Shown: in pieces, positions 22,201 to 34,785 of the stretch
Numbering within the stretch: the first letter of the stretch is position 1
How the letters are laid out: every line of letters starts with the position of its first letter
NCBI GenBank assembly: GCA_964187785.1
Contig: OZ076420.1
Coordinates: 35,402,001-35,466,000 of the forward strand
DNA: 64,000 nt
From: Amphiscolops sp. MND2022
Lineage: Eukaryota
Direction of reading: 5' to 3'
Program-made: the position numbers and the translations under genes
Notes under the pieces: generated by a model
What the model was told of the DNA's origin: nothing
Database searches by the model: none
What the model saw: only the letters and a program-made list of their open reading frames with translations

Positions 22201-24349
22201 CCCCAAACTACTGCTAATAAGTCAAGTTCAATCATCGCATAGTGTTCCAGGTGTCTGATATGAAGCAGCTTGCTAACCTTATTTGTTTCAGCTTTCCGTA
22301 TTTCTGCTCCTGTTACAAAGTTGCTCTGTGGCATTTGGTACTTGCGCGTCTGTTGTTATGATTTTCGGCTAGTTTGCATTATGGTGACCCAGACTCGACA
22401 TTCGTATTTCGTCCGCCGGACCGTCTGCAGTTTCTCTCAATTAATTGAGTTCAGTTGCTCCATGTTCGGTATTGGAGCTTTCCTCTTCACAGTGATTCCA
22501 ATAGTTTTTACGTGAGTCAAGAGCGCTTCTTTACTGTGATAACGGGCAGGCTTGCAAAGCTGTTGACGTCGATGTTTTTGAACTTTGCGGAGGGACATTG
22601 TTTTTTCATTTTTTGTTTTTTTTTCTACTGATTGTTGTAAAAGAAACGGTACGGATCTTCGCTTTTGTTGCATAATTTTTATGTCTTCTTTAAGCTGTAT
22701 TTTCACCTCCAGACCCTTCATTGTATAGTTTTCTATGACTTTTTTTGTCCGCGTCGTCCGTTTCACGGTTGATTTATGGCTCGGTTCCATCAAAATTCAG
22801 TGTTATCCCCAGCTTTTTCATCCAAAATAGAGCCATTACAGAATGTCGTTCTGTTGTTATCAAATATTCGAGACGTTTTTCTTCGCCATCCGTTTCACAA
22901 ATTAACATTGCTTTTCCTTCGAATGTAATCCGCTTGTCGGTTACGTCTCTATACTTTATCTAGCGGATGTAGGGGTGCTGAGTTGTCGAATACTGACTTT
23001 GGTAGGATTGTAACCAGTGAACTGCTGTCTATAATACATATGATTGATAGGTTGTTGAGCAATGTGCTTATCGTGAACAAGCCAGGACCATTTTGGTTTG
23101 TAGAGCGCATCAAATGTATCGTTTTGATCCCATGATTAGATGGTGTCCGATGACCAATCGTTTTCTTCCTCGCTACTTGTTTCTTCTTCCTGTGTATAGT
23201 TCACTCTTTTACTGGATCGGTAACATTTTGCAAAATTGGACCGTTTTCCACAATTCGAACCTTTCTTTCCTTCAGACGGGCTTTGATGTTGTCGCGTCTA
23301 ATTGAGAGCTGCATGGCTGTTGCAATCCACTGTTTAACAATTTGCAGGTTTGTCAACTGGTTTGCTTGTGGGTTTTGTTTTTCTTCTGTCAAGGTAACTT
23401 ATTTCTTCTCTTCTTTCTCTAATGAGTCATTCATTTCATTGCACATGTACTCGTGAATGGTATCGGTTATAGCCTCCGCCGACATGTCACTTACTTGTTT
23501 TTCTTTTACTAAATGTCACCGGTTGACTTCCGGATATGGGATAAAAATTTTCAAGCGATGTAAGCGGTTGTGCCTATGTTGTGGAATTCACTGTTCTTTC
23601 AACTTCCAAAGTTTGTTTCGTGACGCTGGTCGTCCTGGTTTCGTACGTCTGCTGCTGGTCCTCCATTTTTTCGTTTAAGGTCAACAAATCTGCTGTTGTG
23701 TTTCACGTTTCTGATTGGACAAAAATGTAGCTGGAACAATGCGTACACCACTTTGTGTAACTGTAACGAGCTTGGTTCTCTTCACCTGACCGTCTTTGTA
23801 ATCTCTGTGGAAGCGTTTTATCCAATCGTTCTTTGGAATGTCTCTTTTGTTTCAATTTCTGGTTGCTCACCGTCTTCTGGCAGTATTTCTTTGCAGCTTG
23901 TGATTGTTGAAATGTCCAAATCTTTTGTCATCCTTATGTATTGTACAAATTTCCGCCACCACAGGCTACCATCGATGTGATCATGCTATTGGAGTGTTGG
24001 ATTGGGAAGTTTCTGGATACAAGGTCGGTCTTCTGACCTGTTCAATGTGTCGTTGGGCACAAAGTCTCCGCTTGTCCCTCCCTGATCCCGCCGTCATTGT
24101 TGTTGTCGTTCCTTTTCTTGGATGTGTTTCTTTATTTCCATACAATGTACGTTTTGTTGTTTCGGGTGTATGGTAATCTGATATAACATGAATAGTGATC
24201 CGAATGCAACGCACCATATTGTATTCTTTTATCGCAAGGCACGGGAACTTTTATCAAACCAAATTGTATTCTTTTTGCAGTTAAACCTAGCCCCTCTGCA
24301 CCCAACTGGCAGGTATAAATAAAATACGTAGCAACAGTAGACAAATTAA
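19300..24349 (-). mobile_element. Decayed, internally deleted Ty3/gypsy gag-pol composite (probably more than one element), interrupted by Helentron-like repeats
   Basis: RNase H motif YAMIELDLLAVVWGLQHFSSYVYGKATKLLTDHQALEPL (22089-22334). RT start IQLKED..IMQQKRRSVP and TVKRKAPIPNMEQL (22437-22793). Integrase Zn-finger/core VARNLWWPKM...SGKKIKPNIP (20858-21319). Gag-like low-complexity remnants at 21500-22050 and 23100-24300. Confidence 0.8.
19960..20824 (-). mobile_element. Two tandem copies of a non-autonomous dispersed repeat (AAAGGGGGACCC-rich), DINE-1/HINE (Helentron)-like
   Basis: The 5' end AAACAAGACGAGAACGTCTAAAG(A/T)CGGCGC appears on the minus strand at about 20528 and (degenerate) 20824, with internal AAGGGGGACCC repeats. 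A shared segment CTTCAGACTACAATC..GGTCCACTTTTTAG lies at about 20095 and 20530. Confidence 0.7.
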
Positions 24350-24717
24350 TGAAAAACTTCTGAGTTTATAATTTATAGTTTAAGAACTGCCGCTCTCTAA
24401 CACAACGCCGCAAAACGTGAACCTGAAAATTATGATAGCAAAGAGTAACCAATTCTCGCTCTATCCTCTGTGGAAAATGGGACCATGATAAAGAACGTGC
24501 CGATGTCAACTATTGAAGCAACTCAGGCCGAGTTACCAGCTCCCACTGTAAGACTCTAAGTATTCGTTGCCTCAAAGCCCGATCACTACGAGCAAAACGG
24601 TTCTCATTCACTATGTCCCCCCTTATAGCAAAGCGGGAGTACAAAGTGGAACGCTCTTAAATACACCGTAAAGGGGAGCACAAAGCAAACACTTTTAAAT
24701 ACGTGTACTAAGTATCA
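24350..24717 (-). mobile_element. LTR (about 368 bp, TG...CA on the minus strand) at the 5' side of the gypsy composite
   Basis: Minus strand begins TGATACTTAG (24717) and ends ...ATAAACTCAGAAGTTTTTCA (24350), directly upstream of gag-like sequence. Confidence 0.55.
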
Positions 24718-24989
24718 ACGTTTCTGATTGTATGGGTGGAGTGTTGCAAATGAAAACGAATACAGAGACTTAGTGTAACGAGTCAAAAAGCGGGATATAG
24801 TGAAGATCCGGCAAACATTGAAATCACAATCATAGAAGAAACTTTTGAAAAAACAAGTGAATATAAAACTCAAGCACATTAAACAATCATTTGCATTGTT
24901 GTTGTTAAGATTATATTTCTGTTCTCTGAATGTCACTGACGTGGCGCATCAGAAACTGAAATACTCTAAATGATTTCATGACTAATTCA

Positions 24990-26730
24990 AGCTTCGGTTG
25001 GATTTGTGGTTACATTGACATTGAACTGAATTGAAGTGAAAGAAGTCAACCTTTTACATTTTGGCACTCCTGGGTCTTCTGTAAAACGTCTACTGACCGG
25101 ACCTGATCTTTTGGCCGACTTGCCAAAAAGACTTCTCTCCGTTTTCGAGAACCAGAAATCGGTGTCATTGCAGGTATCGAAGACAAGTTCATGCAAACAG
25201 CAATTCGCCTTACGTCTTCTTTGATTGGACGACAGCGTGATTCGCCAGTACCAACACATTCGCCTGATTTGTGGTGCTAACTGCTCACAGTTATGTGCAA
25301 TTTGCGTTCTCCAGAAATGCGCCACCGAACACGCGACTCAGTTCTGGATTTTTATCAAGCCTTCAGAACAAAATTTCTACATGGATGACTTTAATAAGTC
25401 TTTTCGGAATGTGTCAGATGCTTGTAGTCTTACCCAAAACTTACGCAGCGTCCTCATAGCTGTTTTCGTCTCACCAAATTTTTATCTAACAGCTCCGCCC
25501 TAATTATTCGTCTTCCAGGATCCGAGAAAGAAACGCCTGTTCAAACAACCAGAGATCTTGGTCAGAATTGGCGTTTGACTGCTCATCCGACGAAGCCCCT
25601 ACCCACGCCGACAACTCTGCGTCGGCTTTTGAGTTCTATTTTTGATCCCATCGGTATACTAGCGCCCTTCGTCGTTCAAATTGAAATTTATCTACAGTTC
25701 CTATAGAAACGTGGACAGAAAGTGGATCAAATGGTTCCGAACGATCCATCCACATGTATTCACAGATGCCGCTATTTCAGCATTCGCTGCCGTCATTCAC
25801 GCCCGTCCGTCGAAAAACCGCTCACTACAAAACATTCACTTAAGTAATCGGAAAACCGCGCGTCGTCCTTCTCAAACAATTGGGAGTTCCGAAATTTGAA
25901 CTTGAAGCCGCTTTACTGGGAATCCGTCTTCTCTGAGTCGCCCGAATAGCTTTCGATCGAAAATTATCGTTTATTCCTTTCTTGACAGACAATTGTGTTG
26001 TGCTCGACTGGATGCAAAACCAATAAGTTTTGTAGCTCACCGAATTGACCGAACTTCGCGCTCTTCTGCTCCCGAGGATTGTATGTATAATTTAATCCTA
26101 TCTACAGTCAGTCGACCACGGCACAAGAGTTCTGACACAAACAGACATCAACGAGAAATGGACAAAAGGTTCAAGGTTGTCAGTAGAAAACGCTCAACAC
26201 TGGCCAACGTATCCAAACATCTCGTCAGCCGATAACGTTTGCGCATTGTCGAGCGCTAAGAATCCGCTCGTCCTACTTGATTTTCGTCATGGCTCTGCTT
26301 TCTTAAAACGACCGCACAATTCATGCGTTTCATTTGCCGCCTACGCTCTCGAGACTCTGATATAGAACTAATTACCGCTGATTTCCAACTTGCCCGTTTT
26401 CTGCCCATCAGACAGTCACAAGGTGAGTCTTTGTCGTTAACAGTTGCCAACCTCCAATGCAATGATCGTCCATCTCCGCATGAAAAGCATTTGCCGTACA
26501 ATTCAGAGCTCGATGATCAAGAAATTCTTCATTCTGCCGGCCGTCTGAAATACGTACCATTCCCGGAATCAACACGACTTCCCATCACTTTAGATGCTAA
26601 GAATCCGCTCCTGAAACTTTGTGTTGAACATTCGAATGCCGTTTGCCACCACGCCGGTCAGGAATACTTCAAAGCTTTCCTGCCACAACGGTATCTGTTT
26701 ATTGGAGTTCGTTCCGCATTCGCTGCGTAA
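24990..26730 (+). mobile_element. Decayed BEL/Pao LTR retrotransposon pol fragments (RT, RNase H, integrase Zn-finger)
   Basis: LLTGPDLL, YQHIRLICGANCS..CA, NFYMDDF, HVFTDAAISAFAAV and GRL....RLPITLDAK...HHAGQEY match BEL/Pao pol motifs; multiple frameshifts. Confidence 0.85.
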
Positions 26731-27091
26731 GTCACAGATGTTTCGCTTGCGGTAGTTTTCGCTTAAATTTTGTTCGAGTTTGAGTGAATTCTATTTTAAC
26801 ATTGTCTGTCAAAATTCGTTCTCATTTTATATCTTTTTTCATTGTGAATGTCACCAGGCTGTAATTTGCTCAAAACGCTGATTGTGTGGACTCTATTCAG
26901 TCTCACCACGTTCACTACAACCCATATTTTCCCTAAAATCATTTCACCACGGAATCATTTAACCCACGTTCATTTCGCACCGCGTTTTAAATTCACACAC
27001 GCTGTAAATACTTTCATATGTGATTTTATTTTTCCCGCATCCTGTGTGTTTTAATTGTTAAACACAAGCTTTCCAAAAATAATCTTTCCTT

Positions 27092-27704
27092 TTATAATCC
27101 TTTTTCGGCCGATGCAGCTGCCTGGCCCATGTCGTAAGCTTGTTCCTGACAATTCTCAAGAAAACATTCTCGTGTAAGCTCACTTCTGAAGTTGCTCTTA
27201 GTTTTCTCTCTGCGGTAATCTTCGGGATTTAATTCCGGTCTCTCGGCTGGAACGTTCCATCTATTTTGTGTCAAATGTCCGGATCCGGCCCTCAGAACAT
27301 TTTGTATCTGAGGCAATACTTGATTGCTTATTGCATCACTAATTGCCCTCTGGATCTGGGTATTAACACTATTCATCATCTCATTCATCTCTCTAGATAT
27401 CCTTGAGATTAGTTCACTTGACAACCTGTTAAGCTCAGCATTTGAGTTAGCGCTTGTAGAGTTTTGTCCGGAATCGTCATCTTTACCAAGTCCCATTTCT
27501 CTATGATTCAAGTAGAGGTTTTCTTCATTGTTTTCAAACACATTGCTATTGGCACTTTCTGGCCTCCTAGCTGTTTGCTATGCACACTTTCTTCTCTCAC
27601 AGAGTGCCTTTCACCTAACATTATGTCAAGGTTTTCTATGTCTGAGAGCATCTCTAGTCCTCTTGATCTTCTTACCTTTTTCTGTTTTTTTTTGTAGTAG
27701 GCAT
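27092..27704 (-). mobile_element. Gag-like N-terminal ORF fragment of an LTR retroelement (one frameshift)
   Basis: ATG at 27704 gives MPTTKKKQKKVRRSRGLEMLSDIENLDIMLGE, then a frameshift into FENNEENLYL...LSSELISRISREMNEMMNSVNTQIQRAISDAISNQVLPQIQ (coiled-coil). The family assignment is inference from context and my recollection of similar elements. Confidence 0.45.
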
Positions 27705-28379
27705 TACCAAAGACCAGGTACGAACACTTGATTTATTTAGTATCGGAAAAATAACAGTGAAACCGTTTGTAGGAAATATCTTTACCAGAGTATGCAATTT
27801 TAAAAAAAGCCCCTCTCAGGCGAGATACTGGAATATATACTCCTGAGAGGATGACATCTACATCTTTACTTTTTCTGATCAAGCTTAAGTCATATGATAT
27901 AGGGTGACTTCAATCCTGGTAAGTAATATGAACTTCATCATCAGAGAGGTATCAAAATATTTTACACAACAAATGACAGGTATTCGTGACATCAAATGAA
28001 TACCTCTACTTCATCAATCGCTTCAAAGCAACAACAACAAAACGAGGAATTGTAAATATTCATTGCAGGCACACGTTGACGCACGTGACTTAATAGGTTA
28101 TACTACTCTAACTGTACTGCAAATTACATGTAACAACAAATATACTAAAACTGCCTGAATGGGCTATTTGCCTCATGCCTAGTAAGCACTGGCAAACTAT
28201 ATGTAAATAACCTCAATCGACAAGTAATACCAAGCCTTCGGTCTCTAACTATTGCACAGGAGCATCTATTTAAAGCGTAGAACACAAGCACCTAATTACT
28301 GGTTAATTACAAGCATAATTAATTTCATAACTTAGCGCTTTCATGAAATGACCGGAACCGGCTATTTGACTGCATCGCT

Positions 28380-28520
28380 AATCAAGATTGGAGGAGTTGC
28401 GTCAATTGGCCTTACTCGGCCATTAATGGACAAAAGCATCAATAAAGCAATAAGTAATGAAATGTGATTGGCTGTGATTACGTGCTCAGGTGACGTTTCT
28501 GGACTAGCACTTTACGTCAC
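28380..28520 (+). promoter_or_regulatory. Candidate promoter (three ATTGG/CCAAT boxes, two TGACGT/ACGTCA sites), possibly of the Eph gene
   Basis: ATTGG at 28387, 28405 and 28467; TGACGT at 28491; ACGTCA at 28514. Non-repetitive-looking DNA just after the TE pile and upstream of exon-like segments. Confidence 0.3.
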
Positions 28521-31500
28521 TTGAACACGTTTCCTTTGCTGCCTTACAGTTGTATTCAACTTGCATCAATGTAATCTACATTTACTACGTCTTTTGACGA
28601 AATCTAGCAACTTGATTTTGATTCGCCAAATCGTAAATTTAACAGACTAATACTACGAAAGCATACTAAGTAAAACAAATCAAAAATAAAAAATAAAAAA
28701 TAGTTTGTAGCGTTTCCGTCTTTAGTAAATGGGCAACGTACCGGGTACTATTTCCTGCCCATCGGCTGTAGTTGTTATCCTGGTACCGTCACAGGCGGCA
28801 GCCTGCGACAGCCCACCTTTAAAAGATTGTGGCTCTCGGTGAGAAACAATTTGGTCCGCCGACCCGGACCTTCGAACTTTGAATTTTGGAAAAAACACTA
28901 CTTTTTAGACCTTTATACCAAACGTTGTCCTCACAAAAGTAACACTTCGATTCTCAAGTAACTAATTACCACGTAACTAACATCAAACCCTTCAACCTGT
29001 TAGTCTCAGCTTCATCCAGGATTGATCGTCATTCAACTTAAAGGCATTTCGTTTCTTCGACGGTGAAAAAGCTGTGGATCTCCTTGATAGTTTGTGCTTC
29101 AATATTTCTCAAAATTTCGGATAGCTTGTGTTTAATAATTAAAACACGTGTACACCACAGGATGCGGGAAAATTAAAAACTCATGTGAAAGTATTTACAA
29201 AATGCGGCGGAAAATATTTATCTAGGATACATGTATGATCTTTTACAATTTGAACTATCATTTGAACTCATTTATTTGAAGCAATAACTCATCGATTCTA
29301 AATGAAATTCCATTCAGAACGCACTCATTGGAATAATGAATTCATTTTTCGAATGCTTTTCAGGGATCTTTCCTGTTAATCCCACCGCCAAAGTAAGCGC
29401 GAAGATTTTAATTCCCCCAAATACAATTAGCGATGAGTTTCAGTTACAGTTAGTTATGCAAAGCTGCAATTTGATTGGCTTTTACTCTATTAATTCACTG
29501 ATAATTTCACTTGACCGCTTAACTGGAGGGGAGATTAAATCGGTGAGGGGAAATTAACAAAAAAGATCTGCGTTTCAGATTAATTACTTTTGTCACCGAA
29601 TTTCATGGAATCTTCAGAGATTCTGATCTGATACCAATTTGAACGTGCGTCGAAATGAATATTACTTTGCGAAGTTCTTTCAGTCGTTTTTAGTTGCCTA
29701 AGTTGACTTGTTTATTGGTTAATTAAGGTGAGACGCGTTAAAATAATAAAAATGTGGGGTAAAATGAACGTGAGGTGAAATGAACGCACGCTGTGGAATC
29801 TGATGCATTGCTAGATTGAAACATTCGGATCTGAATTCAACGTGTATTTCGTTTTTCTTTGCAAAAAATACAAGTATGTGAACTGCATATTTTACAATAA
29901 TAAACGCAACATTTTTCAAATATTCTTGGATGAATTCCGAGACAAATTAGGGTGGATTGAAAAAAAATTGCAATGCACAATTGTAAAGTACTGGTATATT
30001 TTCCTATTCGTTGAGAGAAGCAGTGTTAGAGCTCCTCAGCACAGACGAATTTCAATTTCAAATGACAAAATTTGAAGCTGCAAAATTCAGCCAATAGAAT
30101 TCGAGTATTTAACCGGCGCTTCTGATTGACAGTGGTTAGCTTTTGTAATCGATTTCATTTTATCACCGAATCGATCATTCAGTACGACACGAATTATCTC
30201 AAAATTCTTGTTTTATAAACGAATCGCCTCATAAATTTTTTCTGCGGGCTCTTACCTAAAAAAATCTATGATCATCTACTTTCTCGGAGCAGCTCAGAAA
30301 AAATAGAATCTCTTTTGGAATTAGTTGCGTCTTGTTTTTGCTAAAAGTTATCATAAATGGCACTGAATAAATTTAGTTTCAGTTATTTTGTTATTTTATT
30401 TGTTATAAATCCCAGTTATTCTGATAAAGGTAGCTATTTAAATATCATTTGCAGTTCATTTATGAAGTATAAATTGCTTTTATATTCCTGAAAAAATATA
30501 ATTTCAAAACGGCACATAAAAAGTGACAAAAAATGAAGCAAAATTGTAATGAAAATAAAAACAAGCTTCTGAGGCATATTCAATAAAAACCAATTTTTAC
30601 AAGCATTCCGCATCAAAATTGATCAACTTTAATGCGACACGCTTCTAAAGTTTGGTTTTCGGAATATATCTCAAAAGCCTGTTATAATTAGAATTTTCTT
30701 TCCAACTAACAAAAATTGAAACAAAGTTCTCAGAATTCTTATTGCAGGGATTTCAAGAGGATCGATGTTTTCCAAAAGTAAATCATGGAGCCTTGTAAAA
30801 AGTTTGGGGCCCTATGAAAGTTTTCATTGCTTTTACAGTTCACATTGTTGTATACACCTTTATATCTGCTTTCATGTGTAACACCTGGAAACTTTTTCAT
30901 GCAACAAAATTTGATGGGAAACGAGACGCGTAAAAAATCAATTTTGACTTGGTTGAAAAAAATTGAGATTTCAAAAAATTGGGAATTAGGTTTTTCTACG
31001 TATCTAACCAATGAGGTGATTAAGGTGGTTTTTTCGAGTTTTAAAACAGAATAAGACTTGTCCGAATTTTTTAACAAACAAGAGCCCGGAACATGTATCC
31101 CACAACTCTAGATTTAAATTGTGGACAAGATTATTCAAAATTATTTGAAGTTGAAGTAGTATCAATATTTAGTCCAAAATATTTTTTCAATTAATGAAAT
31201 TTTCGAAATAAACTAATACAATACATGATATGCTGTGCTGGCTTGAGTATAGTTTGAGATCGAGAAAAATTTCGAAAACTTGGGCTTTCAAGAATTTCTT
31301 TCATTCATTCGGTTATCAATTTTTTTCAAATTTTTCAATGCTGTCTCATTACCCGGCTGTTATACGAACCTTTCTTACAAATTGCATGTCTCAATTTTAT
31401 TTAGATATTTCCAAATCACAGCATGTTTGTAATTCGTTAGGTATTTTCCAAAAAAATTATGGAAATCATTATAAAAGATTGGCTATCTTCTCTTTAAAAA

Positions 31501-32763
31501 AACTGAGTCATAAAACAATTTGATCACCTCTGGTAAACCAATACACCATTATTTTTTCCAATTTACTTCCATTTTAATTTTATGGTGCGGTGAGCACAAA
31601 TGCTAAAAACCCCGCTTGTCATTTCACCCCTCAAGGGGTAAATCCGGCTGCCCTATTGCTGGGAATGTTGCCTTGGAATCGACACCATTCTGCGAGCTAC
31701 AAATTATCAATCAGTATAGAATTTCTCCACTCTCTGTCAATTAAGTGTCAAATTAGGTGACATTTTCAACTTTTCAGTCTTTTTCATTTTCTTTTCCATT
31801 TAACATTCCCATTTCCTGTCATAAATTGAGCCAATTTGCGTTGAATTTCTGGGCGCACATTTTTCTTTCAATTACCGCTTTTAATCCTTGTGAGAAAGCG
31901 CAGCCTAGTAAATGTATATGTTGTGTATATGCAACAATATTAGAAGACAAGAATTGTATTCCATTAAAATACTTTTCCTATTTACATCAAGTTTTAACTT
32001 TTTAACGTACCGAAAAAAAAACGAACCTTTTTAGAAAAAGTGCAATTAGGTATTCACTTTTTGCTGGTTTTTAAACCAACTTGCAATGGGAATAGTAATT
32101 AATTCAAAGCTTTAAGCTCTCTAATTCAGTAACATCCAAGTTCAATCAAGTTGAATGAAAGCTGTCTATTGAAATTTGTTAGACTTGTCCCTATTCAGTC
32201 GTCGTAGAATTATGAACAAAAAATCAAGGGTTGAAAATGTCGAAATTTTTTTAAATGCCAGGTCTGTGTGAGTCGCACGAAGAAAATAGAAGGTATGAAA
32301 ACTGATAAACCGAATCATGAACTTAGTGTAAGTTTCTTTAAAAATGTAGTTTTTTAAACTTAATGCTGCAAAAAGTCGAACTTTATTCAGCCCAAGTTTG
32401 TGTTTTATTGAAAAAATTTCATGTGAATAATTTTGCACACATCATTGCAATTTTGCACTCATCTAAAAAAGAATATAAGCATATTGACATATGAACGGTT
32501 TAGATTTTGAGGGGTGTTATTTAGTTACTTAATAAAGGCTTTATTGTAGCCTAGAAATTATAGGTTTTAAAAATTTGTAATCTATCGTTTCAGGAAGAAA
32601 CCAATTCATTCAATTTTAGGCTCTTTGAAAAACCTCTCTCTAATCTTGCAACATTTGGCATTTAATCGGATAGCTTACCATTGAAACTGAGAACCTGTTT
32701 GTGATTATATTGTTTTCTGTCATTATTATGTAATTTTGTTATTCTTACGTAATTTTTGTTTAG

Positions 32764-32843
32764 TTCACCTAATGAAGACGGAGACGCATGATCCAAATTG
32801 GGGGTTCCGAATCTACAAGACACCTGGAAGGTCGAGAGACGGG
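32764..32843 (+). CDS. Eph: Eph receptor exon (ligand-binding domain start): (V)HLMKTETHDPNWGFRIYKTPGRSRDG
   Basis: TTTTGTTTAG| ... GGG|GTTTGT, phase 1 to 0; aligns to the Eph EVxLxDT...LGW..YP..G segment. Confidence 0.75.
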
Positions 32844-33541
32844 GTTTGTATTTTATATACTTTATGTCGATCTTAATCTATTTAGAATATTAAATAAATC
32901 AATTGATTAATAAACCGATTTGTTCAATCCAATCCGCTTAGCAACACCTTCACTCTAAGACACAATCACCTGGTCAAAAGCTGGCAATGGGTTCGAACTA
33001 TCTATAAAATCTTTGGCATTGTTTTGGGTCTCGATTTTTATGGACTCAAAAACCAGACAGCGATACGGACCAGGTTTTGTTCCGACAAAACATGAATTTC
33101 ATTGTCTTGCCTTTTTGGAACTGAGATTCACCTTGTGCAACAAACACTTCATAGACTGTGTTCTAAAAGCTAATTCACTTGATCGCTTTTTGGAGCCGTG
33201 GGTGTTTTTTTACAGTTGAATCTCGATTGTTAAATCGAAATTTTTACACAGAAAACTAGAAGCAAAATTAGATAAAGGATGGAAAAATCAGCAAGTTCAA
33301 TTTATTTTGAGAAATGTTGTATTTAGTTCATAATACAATTTAGACTTTTTCAAAATGTAGCATTTCTAGCATTTTTCCAAAATTTTCAGTGTCTTATAAT
33401 TCCTCAAAGTTTTCAAAATATATGCTGTGAAGCGACAAATCAGAAATACAAATGGCGAAGAATTTAGTGTGCAACATGTAAAACTTAGATGTTTTTGCTA
33501 AAAAAAACTTGGATGTAAAACTTAGTGTTTTTTGTTTTCAG

Positions 33542-33666
33542 TGGGTGTTCAACCAGGAGGCGGCTGCTTTCCAAGTTTGTGACGTCAGCATCCAGGGTGC
33601 AGATAACTGGCTGCTTTCCAAGTACATTGATGTTTCCAATGCCGACTACATACACATTGATATACT
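33542..33666 (+). CDS. Eph: Eph receptor exon (LBD): WVFNQEAAAFQVCDVSIQGADNWLLSKYIDVSNADYIHIDI
   Basis: TTTTCAG| ... CT|GTGAGT, phase 0 to 2; matches YQVC...NNWL.T..I. Confidence 0.9.
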
Positions 33667-33910
33667 GTGAGTATTAAACACGTGTGCATGTATTTCATGA
33701 ATGTCACATGAATGTTACGCCAACAAATCTTTTTTTCGTTTTTTTTTTTCGAAATTAGATTGTTAGAAAAAATGCGCTCCATTAAATCGGTACTAAAATG
33801 GTAGAGGAAAAAAGCCAAAATTAGTGAGCCAAACACACCTAAGCGCTGTTTCCATAGAAATCCTTGATAGGCAATTTGAAGTTTGATTTGCTTAATATAA
33901 TATTGGGTGC

Positions 33911-34103
33911 GGTGAAGCGACAATTTGGACCACGCGCCGAATTCGGACCAAAGACTTATTCGGACCAAATATTAAATTTGGACCAAATTTATATATTCGG
34001 ACCAAGAGTAATTTGGTCCGAATTTATATATTTGATCCGAATCTGGCTTTGGTCCGAATTTGTATTTTGGTCCGAATCTGTCTTTGGTCCGAATTATAGA
34101 GCC
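33911..34103. mobile_element. 193-bp foldback MITE with 9-bp TSD (Mutator/MULE-type)
   Basis: ATTGGGTGC duplicated at 33902-33910 and 34104-34112; GG...CC termini; about 5 TT(C/T)GGACCA copies on the left and about 6 inverted TTGGTCCGAA copies on the right. Confidence 0.85.
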
Positions 34104-34785
34104 ATTGGGTGCACCTTCACTGTCAAATTTTCATGAAACTTTTATATTAAATTTACTTAATTGTTTGTAGAACTTCGAGTTCACACATCCGCTGTTTTTA
34201 TCGAATTGTCTCCCGAACAATTGACATCTAGTCCTAATGATTTCGACAGTACATCATCATTATCATTAAATTTCGGACACCAAAATTTCTATCCGAAGTT
34301 TTGATTAAATTAATACATTTGCTTATAAATTCACATACAATTGTATTGTGTACAATTATTTATCAACTGTCGGGTCCACGTATAGATGAAAGATGTCCCA
34401 AATATATAGATAAGATCCAGATTCTTCACTGCGTTTGATCGGCAATCAAATCAAAGTCAGTTCTTGTCCGAAACGTTCAGCGAAAGTCTTCTTTTGAATT
34501 ATAATCCCCTCCATTAAACTGTGTTCTTCTGTGACCTAAAGACCTTAGATTCTCGGTTCAGCTATGTTTGACCCTTTGATGGTGTTTTTACTCAAAACAA
34601 TATTCACATCTACTTCTAAGAATGCTATAAGTAAGAGTATTAGTTTAATTAAAAATTACTGGACGGTGAAAAATCATCATGAAGCAATTTGGGATCTTGG
34701 GGGAAAATTTGAAACATCAAAGATTGAGTTTTCAAGACTGGAGTAATATTGTACCTTTGTTTGTCAAATTGTCTAACTTTGATCA

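Noticed and set aside
18811-24717. A single full-length gypsy element with paired LTRs
   Set aside because: The two LTR-like segments share no visible similarity and there is no TSD; the internal domain order is scrambled.
27528-27731. Hydrophobic plus-strand ORF (FSNTLLLALSGLLAVC...) with a phase-1 donor at about 27718 that could be the Eph signal-peptide exon
   Set aside because: It has no ATG in frame (TTG start) and is simply the antisense of the gag-like ORF starting at 27704.
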